Virus record (IMG/VR): IMGVR_UViG_3300049139_000186
Coordinates: 1 to 39,185 of that record
Length of the DNA stretch: 39,185 nt
Strand: one strand, 5' to 3'
Source: a virus
Lineage: Duplodnaviria; Caudoviricetes
Shown here: piece by piece, positions 16,499 through 24,886 of the stretch
Layout of the letters: every line of letters starts with the position of its first letter
Position numbering within the stretch: position 1 is the first letter of the stretch
The notes under the pieces: model-generated
Seen by the model: the letters and a program-made list of their open reading frames with translations, nothing else
The model's database searches: none
Told to the model about the DNA's origin: nothing
Made by a program: the position numbers and the translations under genes

Positions 16499-17376
16499 CC
16501 ACCACCGAACACCGCACCCTGGCTCGGGAGAACCTGTGCAGGTCCGTCCCGTTCGAGCTGGTCCGCGCCGACGAGGACAGCGACAGCGACGGTCTCACCA
16601 TCGAGGGCTACGGCGCGGTGTTCGGCGCGGTCACCATGATCGATTCGTGGGAAGGCACGTTCGAGGAGGTCATCGCGCCGGGCGCGTTCCGCAAGAGCTT
16701 GCGTGAGCGGACCCCAAAGATGCAGTTCGACCACGGCCGGCATCCGCTCCTCGGCTCCGTTCCGCTGGGACGCTGGGACGTGGCGGAGGAAGACGCGCAC
16801 GGCCTGCACGTTGTCGGACGCCTGTCCGACAACTGGCTGGTCCAACCGTTCCGCGACGCGATCCGTGACGGCGGCGTAGAGGGCATGTCCTTCCGGTTCT
16901 CGGTCGTCCGCGAGGAGTGGCGCGACAATTCAGGCAAGCTGATCAAGGCCGATGAGCTACTCGACCTGCTGTGGACCGGCGGCGGAGACCGCGGCCCGAT
17001 CCGCCGCACCCTGAAGGAACTCAAAGCTCCCGAGGTCGGGCCCGTCGTGTGGCCCGCCTACGAGGAGACCAGCGTCGGAGTCCGCTCCCAGGTCGTCACG
17101 ATCGACCTCGGGCGGCTCACCGACCCCGAGACGCGCAGGACCCTTGCGCATGCCGTGGCCCTTGTGGACGCGGCCAACCGCAACACCGAAGACGACGCGC
17201 CGCCCCCCAACCAGGAGCCGCCCGCCAGCCACCCGACGGAGGCATCCGTCGCGCCGGCCGGTGACCGTTCCTCGCCTGGAGAGCACCCGTCCGCCACACC
17301 GCAGCCGAAGGGCAACCCCGCGAAGGAGTTCGCCCAGCACGCCCGCGGCTACCTGCTCTCCATGAGAGGAATGTGA
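16495..17376 (+). CDS. HK97-family prohead protease
   Basis: IEGYGAVF...EVIAPGAF...QFDHG...GMSFRF...EVGPVVWPAY. Confidence 0.95.
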   Translation: MTTTEHRTLARENLCRSVPFELVRADEDSDSDGLTIEGYGAVFGAVTMIDSWEGTFEEVIAPGAFRKSLRERTPKMQFDHGRHPLLGSVPLGRWDVAEEDAHGLHVVGRLSDNWLVQPFRDAIRDGGVEGMSFRFSVVREEWRDNSGKLIKADELLDLLWTGGGDRGPIRRTLKELKAPEVGPVVWPAYEETSVGVRSQVVTIDLGRLTDPETRRTLAHAVALVDAANRNTEDDAPPPNQEPPASHPTEASVAPAGDRSSPGEHPSATPQPKGNPAKEFAQHARGYLLSMRGM

Positions 17377-17383
17377 CCCCGCC

Positions 17384-18910
17384 ATGGCGGAAGAGAACAC
17401 GGGCACGGCCACCACGTACAAGGGGCCCACCCTGACCCACTCCCAGTCGATCAACCGGCTCAAGGAAGTGACCTCCGAGATCGAGCGGCTCGCCGAGCTC
17501 GACGATCTGTCCCCGGAGGACCAGAAGTACTTCGACGAGCTCCGCGAGGAGTTCGGCACGGTCGACAAGCACCGGAAGTACCTCGAGCGGCAGCTGCAGC
17601 TCGCGCAGATCAAGTCCGCGGCGGACGGTGCGCACGCGTCGAACCTGCGGCTCGAGCGAGGCGCCTACGCCCCGGCGGGCGACGCCCGCACCGGCGACTA
17701 CGACCGGGACGCGATCCTCGAGCCGGACAGTGTCGAGGATCTCCGGTTCCGTGACCCGTGGAACCTGTCCGAGGTCCGTTCGTTCGGGCGCTCCCGCGAG
17801 TCCCTCAATCAGGAACTGACCGCCCGTGCGCTGTCGGCGATCGAGAAGATGCCGTCCGCGAACGACAAGGTGCGGGCGGCGGCCACGGATATCGTGGAGC
17901 GGTTCGACGACAAGGACGCCACCCTCGCGAGGTTGGTGTTGGCCGCGAGCTCACCGGCGTACATCCGCGCATTCAGCAAGGCGGCAACGAACAGGACCCA
18001 CGAGCTCGACGACACCGAGAAGCGTGCTCTCGAGGCTGTGCGCGCCATGTCGCTGACGGACAGCGCCGGCGGATACTTGGTGCCGTTTCAGCTCGACCCG
18101 ACCGTGATCATCACCGCGAACGGGTCGCTGAACGAGATCCGCCGCATCGCCCGGCAGGTCGTCGCAACCGGCGACGTGTGGAACGGTGTGTCCGCCGGTG
18201 CGGTGTCGTGGTCGTGGGACGCGGAAGCGTCCGAGGTGTCGGACGACTCCCCGACCCTGGCGCAGCCCAGCATCCCGAACTACAAGGCTCAGGGGTTCGT
18301 GCCGATCTCGATCGAGGCGCTGCAGGACATGGCGAATGGGGCCGCCGAGATCGCTCGCCTGCTCGCGGAGGGCAGGGACATTCTCGAGGCCGCGGCGCTC
18401 GCGATCGGCTCCGGTGTCGGTCAGCCGACCGGTATCGTCACCGCGCTCGTCGGGTCGTCCAGCATCGTCACCTCCGCTGGCGCCGATACCCTCGCGGTCG
18501 GTGACCTGTACGCCGTGCAGGGCGCGCTCCCGGCCCGTTACAGGGCGCGGGCGTCGTGGCTGGCTACGAACGCGTTCTACAACCGGGCCCGCCAGTTCGA
18601 CACTGCGGGCGGGTCGTCGCTGTGGGCGCAGCTCGGCGACGACCGGCCCGCGCAGCTGCTCGGCAAGCCGACCTACGAGGCCGAGGACATGGACGGGGTC
18701 ATCACCGCAGCCGCCGAGAACTACATGGCGGTGTTCGGTGACTTCTCCAACTACGTCATCGCCGACCGGATCGGCATGACCGTGGAGTTCATCCCGCACC
18801 TGTTCGGCACCAACCGCCGCCCGACCGGGCAGCGCGGCTGGTACGCCTACTACCGGACCGGCGCGGACACCGTCAACGACGGCGCGTTCCGGATGCTGAA
18901 CGTCACCTGA
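17384..18910 (+). CDS. Major capsid protein (HK97 fold, N-terminal delta domain)
   Basis: Coiled-coil N-terminus, DSAGGYLVP, GSGVGQPTGI, LLGKP, FGDFSNYVIADR. Confidence 0.96.
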   Translation: MAEENTGTATTYKGPTLTHSQSINRLKEVTSEIERLAELDDLSPEDQKYFDELREEFGTVDKHRKYLERQLQLAQIKSAADGAHASNLRLERGAYAPAGDARTGDYDRDAILEPDSVEDLRFRDPWNLSEVRSFGRSRESLNQELTARALSAIEKMPSANDKVRAAATDIVERFDDKDATLARLVLAASSPAYIRAFSKAATNRTHELDDTEKRALEAVRAMSLTDSAGGYLVPFQLDPTVIITANGSLNEIRRIARQVVATGDVWNGVSAGAVSWSWDAEASEVSDDSPTLAQPSIPNYKAQGFVPISIEALQDMANGAAEIARLLAEGRDILEAAALAIGSGVGQPTGIVTALVGSSSIVTSAGADTLAVGDLYAVQGALPARYRARASWLATNAFYNRARQFDTAGGSSLWAQLGDDRPAQLLGKPTYEAEDMDGVITAAAENYMAVFGDFSNYVIADRIGMTVEFIPHLFGTNRRPTGQRGWYAYYRTGADTVNDGAFRMLNVT

Positions 18911-18913
18911 GCC

Positions 18914-19333
18914 ATGGCCCGGGAGACGCTCTACAACAAGGTACTCACGAGGCTCTCGTTGACCGTGGCGTTGCGTTCCGCGAACGCCACGGTCAACGGG
19001 ACCACCGTGGACCGCGCTGACCCCGTCGGCGGCTACGACGGGTTCAACTCGGCCATGGCGGTCGTGGTCACCGGGACCATCACCGATGGAACACACACGG
19101 TTGTGGTGCAGGACTCCGACGACGGGTCGGTGTGGGCCGCCGCTGCAGCGGAGAACGTGCAGGGCTCCGCGGTGGTCACGTCAACCGACGACAACGCTGT
19201 GTTCGAGATCGGGTACACCGGGTCGAAGCGGTATCTGCGGCTTTCGGCGGCCACGACGGGTGCCACAACGGGCGGAACGTTCGGTGGGGTCATCGTCCTC
19301 GGTGACCCAAGCCGGGAACCGGTCCAACGGTAG
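18914..19333 (+). CDS. Putative capsid decoration/head protein
   Basis: Immediately after capsid; VQDSDDG...Y-x-G-x-KRYLR beta-sandwich motif. Confidence 0.65.
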   Translation: MARETLYNKVLTRLSLTVALRSANATVNGTTVDRADPVGGYDGFNSAMAVVVTGTITDGTHTVVVQDSDDGSVWAAAAAENVQGSAVVTSTDDNAVFEIGYTGSKRYLRLSAATTGATTGGTFGGVIVLGDPSREPVQR

Positions 19334-19364
19334 GAAACAGCCCAACACAGGAAGGGGTTGCCTG

Positions 19365-19802
19365 ATGGCGACCGAACAGCAGAAGAGCACGACCAGCGGC
19401 AGCAAGACGCCAGCGGCGAAGGGACCCGACGCGGGGACCGGTGTCGTGGAGGAGGCCAAGGCCAGCCACGAGCGCCGGACCACCGTGCTCGGCGCCGACA
19501 ACGTGGACGCCCGCTTGGACAACCGCACCGGCGCGAAGCGGCCCCCGCTGGAAACCTTCCCCGCGAAGCCGCAGCAGGTCGACGGACCAGACGTGCAGCA
19601 CCAGGTGGAGCACACTCGCGCCACCCTCGAGCTGGACCCGCTGGGCCGCAAGCCCGGCAAGGACGGGGAACGAAAGGGCATGTTCTCGCCGGGACCGCAC
19701 GGTCTCTCCGGCGAGGATCTGCGCGAGGACGACCAGGTTCGCTTCGGCACCGAAGGCCTCACCGAGGCCGAGGCCGCCAAGGGCTCCCCGAAGGCCAACT
19801 GA
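19365..19802 (+). CDS. Hypothetical low-complexity protein
   Basis: RBS GAAGGGG; TGATG coupling to the next gene. Confidence 0.65.
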   Translation: MATEQQKSTTSGSKTPAAKGPDAGTGVVEEAKASHERRTTVLGADNVDARLDNRTGAKRPPLETFPAKPQQVDGPDVQHQVEHTRATLELDPLGRKPGKDGERKGMFSPGPHGLSGEDLREDDQVRFGTEGLTEAEAAKGSPKAN

Positions 19803-20143
19803 TGGTGTGGCGAGTGAAAGAGGCGTTCTCCTTCGACGACCCGCAGGGTGTCCCGAACACCCTGCGGGTCGGCTCCCTCCTCGAGGAGAACGACCCCCGC
19901 GTCAAGGGCCACGAGATGTTCCTGGAGCCCGCGGAGAAGGCGGCGGCCCGCCAAATTCCCAGGTCGGTGGCGTCGGAGACCGCGACTGCGGCGCCGGGAG
20001 AGCAACGGCAACTGACCTCACCCGAGGGCGACCTCGAGCTGTTGCGGCAACAGGCCGAGTCCGCTGGTGTGAGGGTCGACAAGCGGTGGGGTGCCGAGAA
20101 GCTCCGCCAGGAGATCGCCGCCGTTGTCAAGGGCAAGGAGTAG
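19802..20143 (+). CDS. Head-region protein with C-terminal HeH/Rho-N-like helical domain
   Basis: ETATAAPGEQR; LRQQAESAGVRVDKRWGAEKLRQEI. Confidence 0.7.
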   Translation: MVWRVKEAFSFDDPQGVPNTLRVGSLLEENDPRVKGHEMFLEPAEKAAARQIPRSVASETATAAPGEQRQLTSPEGDLELLRQQAESAGVRVDKRWGAEKLRQEIAAVVKGKE

Positions 20144-20146
20144 TCC

Positions 20147-20512
20147 ATGGCCACGGGGTTGCACGCGTCCGCAGCGAACACGTTCCTCGACGCGCACGCC
20201 GCCGCGTTCCCGTGGATCAAGTTCCACATCGGTGACCCCGGAGCGGCAGGCACCGCGAACGCCGCCGCCGAGACCGATCGGGTTCAGGCGTCGTGGGCGG
20301 TGGCGTCTGGCGGGTCGATCGCGACCAACGCCGAGCTCCGCCTGAACGGGGTGGCCGCGGCGGAGGACTTCACCCATTGGACGGGGTGGTCCGCCCAGAC
20401 CAACGGCACCGTCGGCTGGTCAGGCACCGTCACCGCGGACCCGCTCGCGGCCGGCAACAACTTCGTCATCCCGTCCGGCGGACTCACGTACACCCTGAAC
20501 GTGATGGCCTGA
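20147..20512 (+). CDS. Virion fibre/collar-associated small structural protein
   Basis: IKFHIGDPGAAGTAN...THW...WSAQTNG...F-x-IP-x-G-x-L motif found in fibre-associated proteins. Confidence 0.7.
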   Translation: MATGLHASAANTFLDAHAAAFPWIKFHIGDPGAAGTANAAAETDRVQASWAVASGGSIATNAELRLNGVAAAEDFTHWTGWSAQTNGTVGWSGTVTADPLAAGNNFVIPSGGLTYTLNVMA

Positions 20513-20524
20513 GAGGGCTGAGCT

Positions 20525-21493
20525 GTGGCAGTTCGGTTCGACGCCGCCACCGACCGGGTCTCCTACGTCCCCGGCCCAGGCGACCCGCCGAGCGACACGT
20601 TCACGATCGCCCTATGGGTGTACCTCGCCGCGGACTTGAACACCTTCACCAGTCTGTACCGCCGCTACACCACCGCCGGGTCGGGCCGCGGGCAGCTAGG
20701 CACTGACGCGGACGGAACAACGCTTACGTGGTGGCCGTCGGGGATCTCGTTCAACCAACAGATGGTGGTGGGCCAGTGGACGCGGGTGGCCTTGACGTGC
20801 ACCGGCGGCGCTGTCACGACCTTCGCTGCCACCCCGGCCGGCGCGGTCGTCACCAACACCGGCTCGTCAGGAACGGTCAGCGCGGCGAACCAGATCACCC
20901 TGGCCGGCGTCAGCGTCGGATCAGGCGCCGAATGGATCGACGGACGGCTAGCGAACGTCCGGACCTGGTCGGCAGTGCTGTCACAGTCCGAGATCGAGGC
21001 GGAGTGGGCGAGCGCCGCCCCGGTGCGCACGACGGATCTGTGGGCCGCCTGGCCTCTCGAAGTCCACACGGACCTGGCGGACCACTCTGGCAACGCCCGG
21101 CACCTCGCGGCAGGGACAACCTCAACCACGACTGAGGATGGGCCGCCTCTCGTCGTCGACATCACCGGTACGGCCACCGGCAGCGGCGGCGGCACCGGTG
21201 CGGCTGCGGGAGCCGTGGAGGTGGCCGGCGGCGCGTTCGGTGCTGGCGGAGGGGCAGGGGAGGCGTCCGGGACGCGGGAGCGGGTCGGCGTCGCGACTGG
21301 CGATGGTGGTGGCGTTGGAGTGGTGACAGGTGTCCGTGAACGTGATGGTGTCGCCACCGGCAGCGGTGGTGGCGTGGGGGCCGTGCTCGTGGTGGCGCCT
21401 GTGTCGCGGGGCGGGTCACGGGCGCTGGAGCGGACAGCTCCCAAGGGTTCGCTGCTGGAACGCGGAGCGGCATCGGCGAGAGGGGTGACCTGA
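20525..21493 (+). CDS. LamG/concanavalin-like jelly-roll virion protein with Gly-rich repeats
   Basis: FTIALWV...WTRVALT...DGRLANVRTWSAVLSQSEI...DHSGNARHL; C-terminal ATGSGGG repeats. Confidence 0.8.
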   Translation: MAVRFDAATDRVSYVPGPGDPPSDTFTIALWVYLAADLNTFTSLYRRYTTAGSGRGQLGTDADGTTLTWWPSGISFNQQMVVGQWTRVALTCTGGAVTTFAATPAGAVVTNTGSSGTVSAANQITLAGVSVGSGAEWIDGRLANVRTWSAVLSQSEIEAEWASAAPVRTTDLWAAWPLEVHTDLADHSGNARHLAAGTTSTTTEDGPPLVVDITGTATGSGGGTGAAAGAVEVAGGAFGAGGGAGEASGTRERVGVATGDGGGVGVVTGVRERDGVATGSGGGVGAVLVVAPVSRGGSRALERTAPKGSLLERGAASARGVT

Positions 21494-22320
21494 TGTACGA
21501 CGTCGGCGATGTGGTGCCCCTCGGCCTGTCGGTGACGGACGCCGCGGGCTCGCCGGCGAACGGTGGGAGCGTGACGCTCACCATCGGCCTGCCCGACGGC
21601 ACCATTGCCGCGCCCACCGTCACCAACCCGCCCACGGCAACCGGCGAGTACACGGTGGACTACACCGCCACCATGGAAGGCCTGCACACCGTGTCGTGGG
21701 TCGTCACCGGGACCAACGCCACCGCCTACCGGGACGTGTTCAACGTTCGGGAGATCACCGACCAGCTCATCTCGCTACGAGAAGCGAAGAAGCAACTCCG
21801 CCTGCCGCTGGACACCGTCGACCACGACGACGACCTCCGCATGTTCATCGCCGCGGCGGGCCGAGCGGTCGAGAACCACACAGGCCGCGTCCTGGTACGC
21901 CGCACTATCTCCGGAGAACGGCATCGGCGGGTCTGCGGAACATTGGTGCTGCACCGGGCCCCGGTGATCTCCCTCACCAGCGTGGGCACCCTGGACGGCA
22001 ACACCACATGGACGGTCGGTGACCTCGACGTGGAACCGGACACGGGCATCGTGTCAGCGTTCAGCGGTGTGCGGCTTCGCGGGAACCTCTCGATCACATA
22101 TGTGGCCGGATCCCGCGTTATCGCAGCGAACCATCTGCTGGCCACGCGGATCATCACCGAGCACCTGTGGCAGACGATGCGGCCGTTCTCCAGCGTCGCG
22201 AATCTCCCTCCGGGCGTACTCGAGGACTCTCTCGACGCCAGGTCAGGCGGGCTCGTGGGCTTCGCCATCCCCAACCGGGCGCTCGAGCTACTCGGCACCC
22301 CCGCGCCTCTGGCGGGCTGA
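21493..22320 (+). CDS. Head-tail connector (gp6-like) with N-terminal Ig-like domain
   Basis: VTLTIGLPDG...GEYTVDY...W N-terminal domain, then ISLREAKKQLRL...DDDLRMFIAAAGRAVENHTGR...ITYVAG. Confidence 0.85.
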   Translation: MYDVGDVVPLGLSVTDAAGSPANGGSVTLTIGLPDGTIAAPTVTNPPTATGEYTVDYTATMEGLHTVSWVVTGTNATAYRDVFNVREITDQLISLREAKKQLRLPLDTVDHDDDLRMFIAAAGRAVENHTGRVLVRRTISGERHRRVCGTLVLHRAPVISLTSVGTLDGNTTWTVGDLDVEPDTGIVSAFSGVRLRGNLSITYVAGSRVIAANHLLATRIITEHLWQTMRPFSSVANLPPGVLEDSLDARSGGLVGFAIPNRALELLGTPAPLAG

Positions 22321-22787
22321 TGGGCACCCACCGGCCAGCCAAGCACACGCGGGCCATGGAGATCTACGACCACCTGTTCGATCTGTTCGCCGCCGAACCC
22401 GAAATCGACATGCGGGCCCTGCTCGACGGCGGCAGGCAGACGAACGACTACAACGACTACATCATCTTCTTCGGCTACTCACCGAACACCGACCAGATGG
22501 TCACTGTCGCCCGGACGGCACCAGACGGGTTGGCGGCCAACGACGAAGAGACGATCACCATCGGGCTGCTGTTCGCTGCGACGAACCCGAAGGACGACAT
22601 GCGCGCCGCGAAGGCGCGCGTGAGGGAGAAGTTCGCAGCGCTGGAGAGGGTCGTGACCCGTCAACCCAACCTCGGGCTGTCCGGCGTGACCGCAACGATC
22701 GCAGGGCAAGTGTGGTTGCCGCTGCACACTGACAAGGGCGCCGAGTTCAACCTGACCGTCGACGTGCAGATCAAGGCGCTGCTGTGA
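22320..22787 (+). CDS. Neck/tail-terminator-like protein
   Basis: Position and size between connector and gp10-like gene. Confidence 0.6.
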   Translation: MGTHRPAKHTRAMEIYDHLFDLFAAEPEIDMRALLDGGRQTNDYNDYIIFFGYSPNTDQMVTVARTAPDGLAANDEETITIGLLFAATNPKDDMRAAKARVREKFAALERVVTRQPNLGLSGVTATIAGQVWLPLHTDKGAEFNLTVDVQIKALL

Positions 22788-23209
22788 CCACGCCCATGGA
22801 CCCCATGGCGCAGATCGCCCGGGACATGCGGCGACTGGAGCCTGAGACCCGCAAGGCGGTCCGGCCAAAGCTCCGCCGCGCCGGCGAGGTTGTTGCGGGT
22901 GAGGCGCGGCGGAACGCGTCGTGGTCTTCCCGTATCCCCAGCAGCGTCAAAGTCGTGACGTCGTTCCGGCAGCACCGGGAAGGCGTCACGGTCCGCGCCG
23001 GCGGGCCCAACGCTCCGCACGCCCGCCCTTACGAGGGAATCACCGCCCGCGGCGACAGTTTCCGGCACCCGGTGTACGGCAACGACTGGTGGGTAGCTCA
23101 AGCCACCCGCCCGTTCCTGCTTCCCGCTGTTGAGGCGAAGCAAGCCGAGGTGGATGCGACGGTGCGGGAGACGCTCGACACCGCCGCAGCCGCCATCGGC
23201 TTCAACTGA
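22784..23209 (+). CDS. HK97 gp10-like tail completion protein
   Basis: APHARPYEG...RPFLLPAV motif. Confidence 0.8.
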   Translation: MTTPMDPMAQIARDMRRLEPETRKAVRPKLRRAGEVVAGEARRNASWSSRIPSSVKVVTSFRQHREGVTVRAGGPNAPHARPYEGITARGDSFRHPVYGNDWWVAQATRPFLLPAVEAKQAEVDATVRETLDTAAAAIGFN

Positions 23210-23270
23210 CCCCCTTTCTCTCTGGGCGACTATTCCCGGTCGCCAGCTCCGTGCTGCCCATGGAGGTCTC

Positions 23271-23555
23271 GTGAAGTTCGTCTACATGCGCCACCCCGAC
23301 GCGGGGACGGCGCGGTTCCCGGTGTCGTCGGTGCAGCACTGGTCCGGCCACGGCTGGGAGAAGTGCGACCCGCCAGAGAGGCCGCCGCGGACATCCCGCG
23401 CGCCCGGGAAACCGCCACGCCAGCGGTCGGCGCGGTCCACCAGCACACCGGCCGAGCCGGTGCAGTCCACGCCCGTGGACGCCAAACCGGACAGCGACAA
23501 GAAGCCGCCGTCCACGTCTACCAAGAAGGCGCCGAGCGGGCGCAAGGAGGACTGA
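23271..23555 (+). CDS. Hypothetical protein with Pro/Lys-rich tail
   Basis: RBS GGAGG before GTG 23271. Confidence 0.65.
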   Translation: MKFVYMRHPDAGTARFPVSSVQHWSGHGWEKCDPPERPPRTSRAPGKPPRQRSARSTSTPAEPVQSTPVDAKPDSDKKPPSTSTKKAPSGRKED

Positions 23556-23558
23556 GCC

Positions 23559-24044
23559 ATGGTCACAACCCCAGCCGCGATCACGCGGTTCTTCGCGCCG
23601 GGCACCACCGAGATCCGGTTCGTGCCGACGATCGCGAACCCCGCGGCGCCGACCTTCGCCGAGCTGGACGCGGGCACCGACCTGACGCGGGACATCGCGG
23701 ACATCTCCGGTTGGATGACCAACTCGGCGTTCCTGGAGACCCCGGATCTCGCGACCCGGTTCGTGTCGAAGATCCCCGGCCGGATCAACGCCGAAGATTC
23801 GTCGATCACGTTCTACGCCGACGAGGACCGCGGCGCAGGTGACATGCGGGAGATCCTGCCGCGTGACACCGACGGCTACATCGTGATCGCCGACGGCGGG
23901 TTCGCCTCCCTGATCGGGGATGTGTTCCAGGTGACTGTCGGCAGCAACAGCATGCAGCGGTCGGTGAGTGATCCGGCGAAGCTGCTGGTGAACTTCGCGA
24001 TCCGCAGCGAGCCCTCCGAGGGCGTCACCCTGCCCGCGTCGTGA
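23559..24044 (+). CDS. Major tail (tube) protein
   Basis: FVPTIANPAAPTFAELDAGTDLT...PDLATRFVSKIPGR, typical of actinophage tail tubes. Confidence 0.9.
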   Translation: MVTTPAAITRFFAPGTTEIRFVPTIANPAAPTFAELDAGTDLTRDIADISGWMTNSAFLETPDLATRFVSKIPGRINAEDSSITFYADEDRGAGDMREILPRDTDGYIVIADGGFASLIGDVFQVTVGSNSMQRSVSDPAKLLVNFAIRSEPSEGVTLPAS

Positions 24045-24514
24045 GCCTCCGCGAGAAGCTCGAGGCGAAGCAGCGGAAGCGCCTGGTCGTACCGGTGCAG
24101 GTGTCGGACCCGTCGACGGAGCACGAGGCCTACATCGGCGCGGCCAGCGCCCTGAAGCTCGCCCACGCCAAGGAAGAGTCCACACCCGAGTACATCGCCC
24201 AGCTCGAGAAGCTGGTTGTCGACGCGGGGGAGCGATACCGTTCCCATTTCGTCGAGGTCGAGCTGCAGTCGCTCGATCGGGCCGACTGGAACGCGGCGAT
24301 GGCGAAGTGGATGGGCGAGGAGCACATCGACTGGGACGCAGCGCTCGCGCCGCTGCTCGCCGAGTCCTGCACCGACGAGGACCTGCAGGACGAGCAGTGG
24401 TGGGCGGAGCGTCTCGCTGCCCCGGAGTGGTCCGAAGGGGACGTCGACGCGCTGAAGGCCGCGATCCTCACCCTGAACGTCACCAGCATGGAGGCGCGCT
24501 ACCCAAAAGGCTGA
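24041..24514 (+). CDS. Tail assembly chaperone (gpG-like)
   Basis: Between tail tube and tape measure; ends in a slippery site. Confidence 0.88.
   Translation: MSLREKLEAKQRKRLVVPVQVSDPSTEHEAYIGAASALKLAHAKEESTPEYIAQLEKLVVDAGERYRSHFVEVELQSLDRADWNAAMAKWMGEEHIDWDAALAPLLAESCTDEDLQDEQWWAERLAAPEWSEGDVDALKAAILTLNVTSMEARYPKG
24502..24508 (+). other. Programmed -1 frameshift slippery heptamer C CCA AAA
   Basis: X XXY YYZ in frame just before the stop; the -1 frame stays open to 24882. Confidence 0.85.
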
Positions 24515-24882
24515 GCCGCGACCACCTCCACGCGGCTCGCATGGCCTACTGCGGCCCCAAAGGAATTCCCCTCTCCCAGTTCCTTCAGTGGTCCGAAACG
24601 GACCAGGACGAGGCGTTGGCGTGGCAGGCGTGGGAGCACCGGCGCTGCCCCGAGTGCGGCACTCACCCGGAGGACTGGGACGAGCGCGTCGGCGGCTCCC
24701 GGTACGCCTACCACGCTGAAGTGGCGACGTGTCAGGGCTGTGTGGAGAAGCAACGCACCGAAGACGGCCCGCAGGTCAAGGACCACGCCGGGCACCCGAA
24801 ACGTGGCGTCCACATTCGGCTGGCGTACGGAGCGCATGGGGACTGTCCACGTTGTCGACCGCAGGTGACCGGCCGGGGGTGA
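24502..24882 (+). CDS. Frameshift-extended chaperone domain (gpGT-like)
   Basis: -1 frame: RLSRDHLHAARMAYCGPKGIPLSQF...W...CPECG...CQGC. Confidence 0.8.
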   Translation, partial: PKRLSRDHLHAARMAYCGPKGIPLSQFLQWSETDQDEALAWQAWEHRRCPECGTHPEDWDERVGGSRYAYHAEVATCQGCVEKQRTEDGPQVKDHAGHPKRGVHIRLAYGAHGDCPRCRPQVTGRG

Positions 24883-24886
24883 GCGC

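Noticed and set aside
21170-21380. Repeated GCCACCGGCAGCGG DNA motifs as possible DGR or regulatory repeats
   Set aside because: Explained by Gly-rich protein repeats; no reverse transcriptase or adenine-specific variation.
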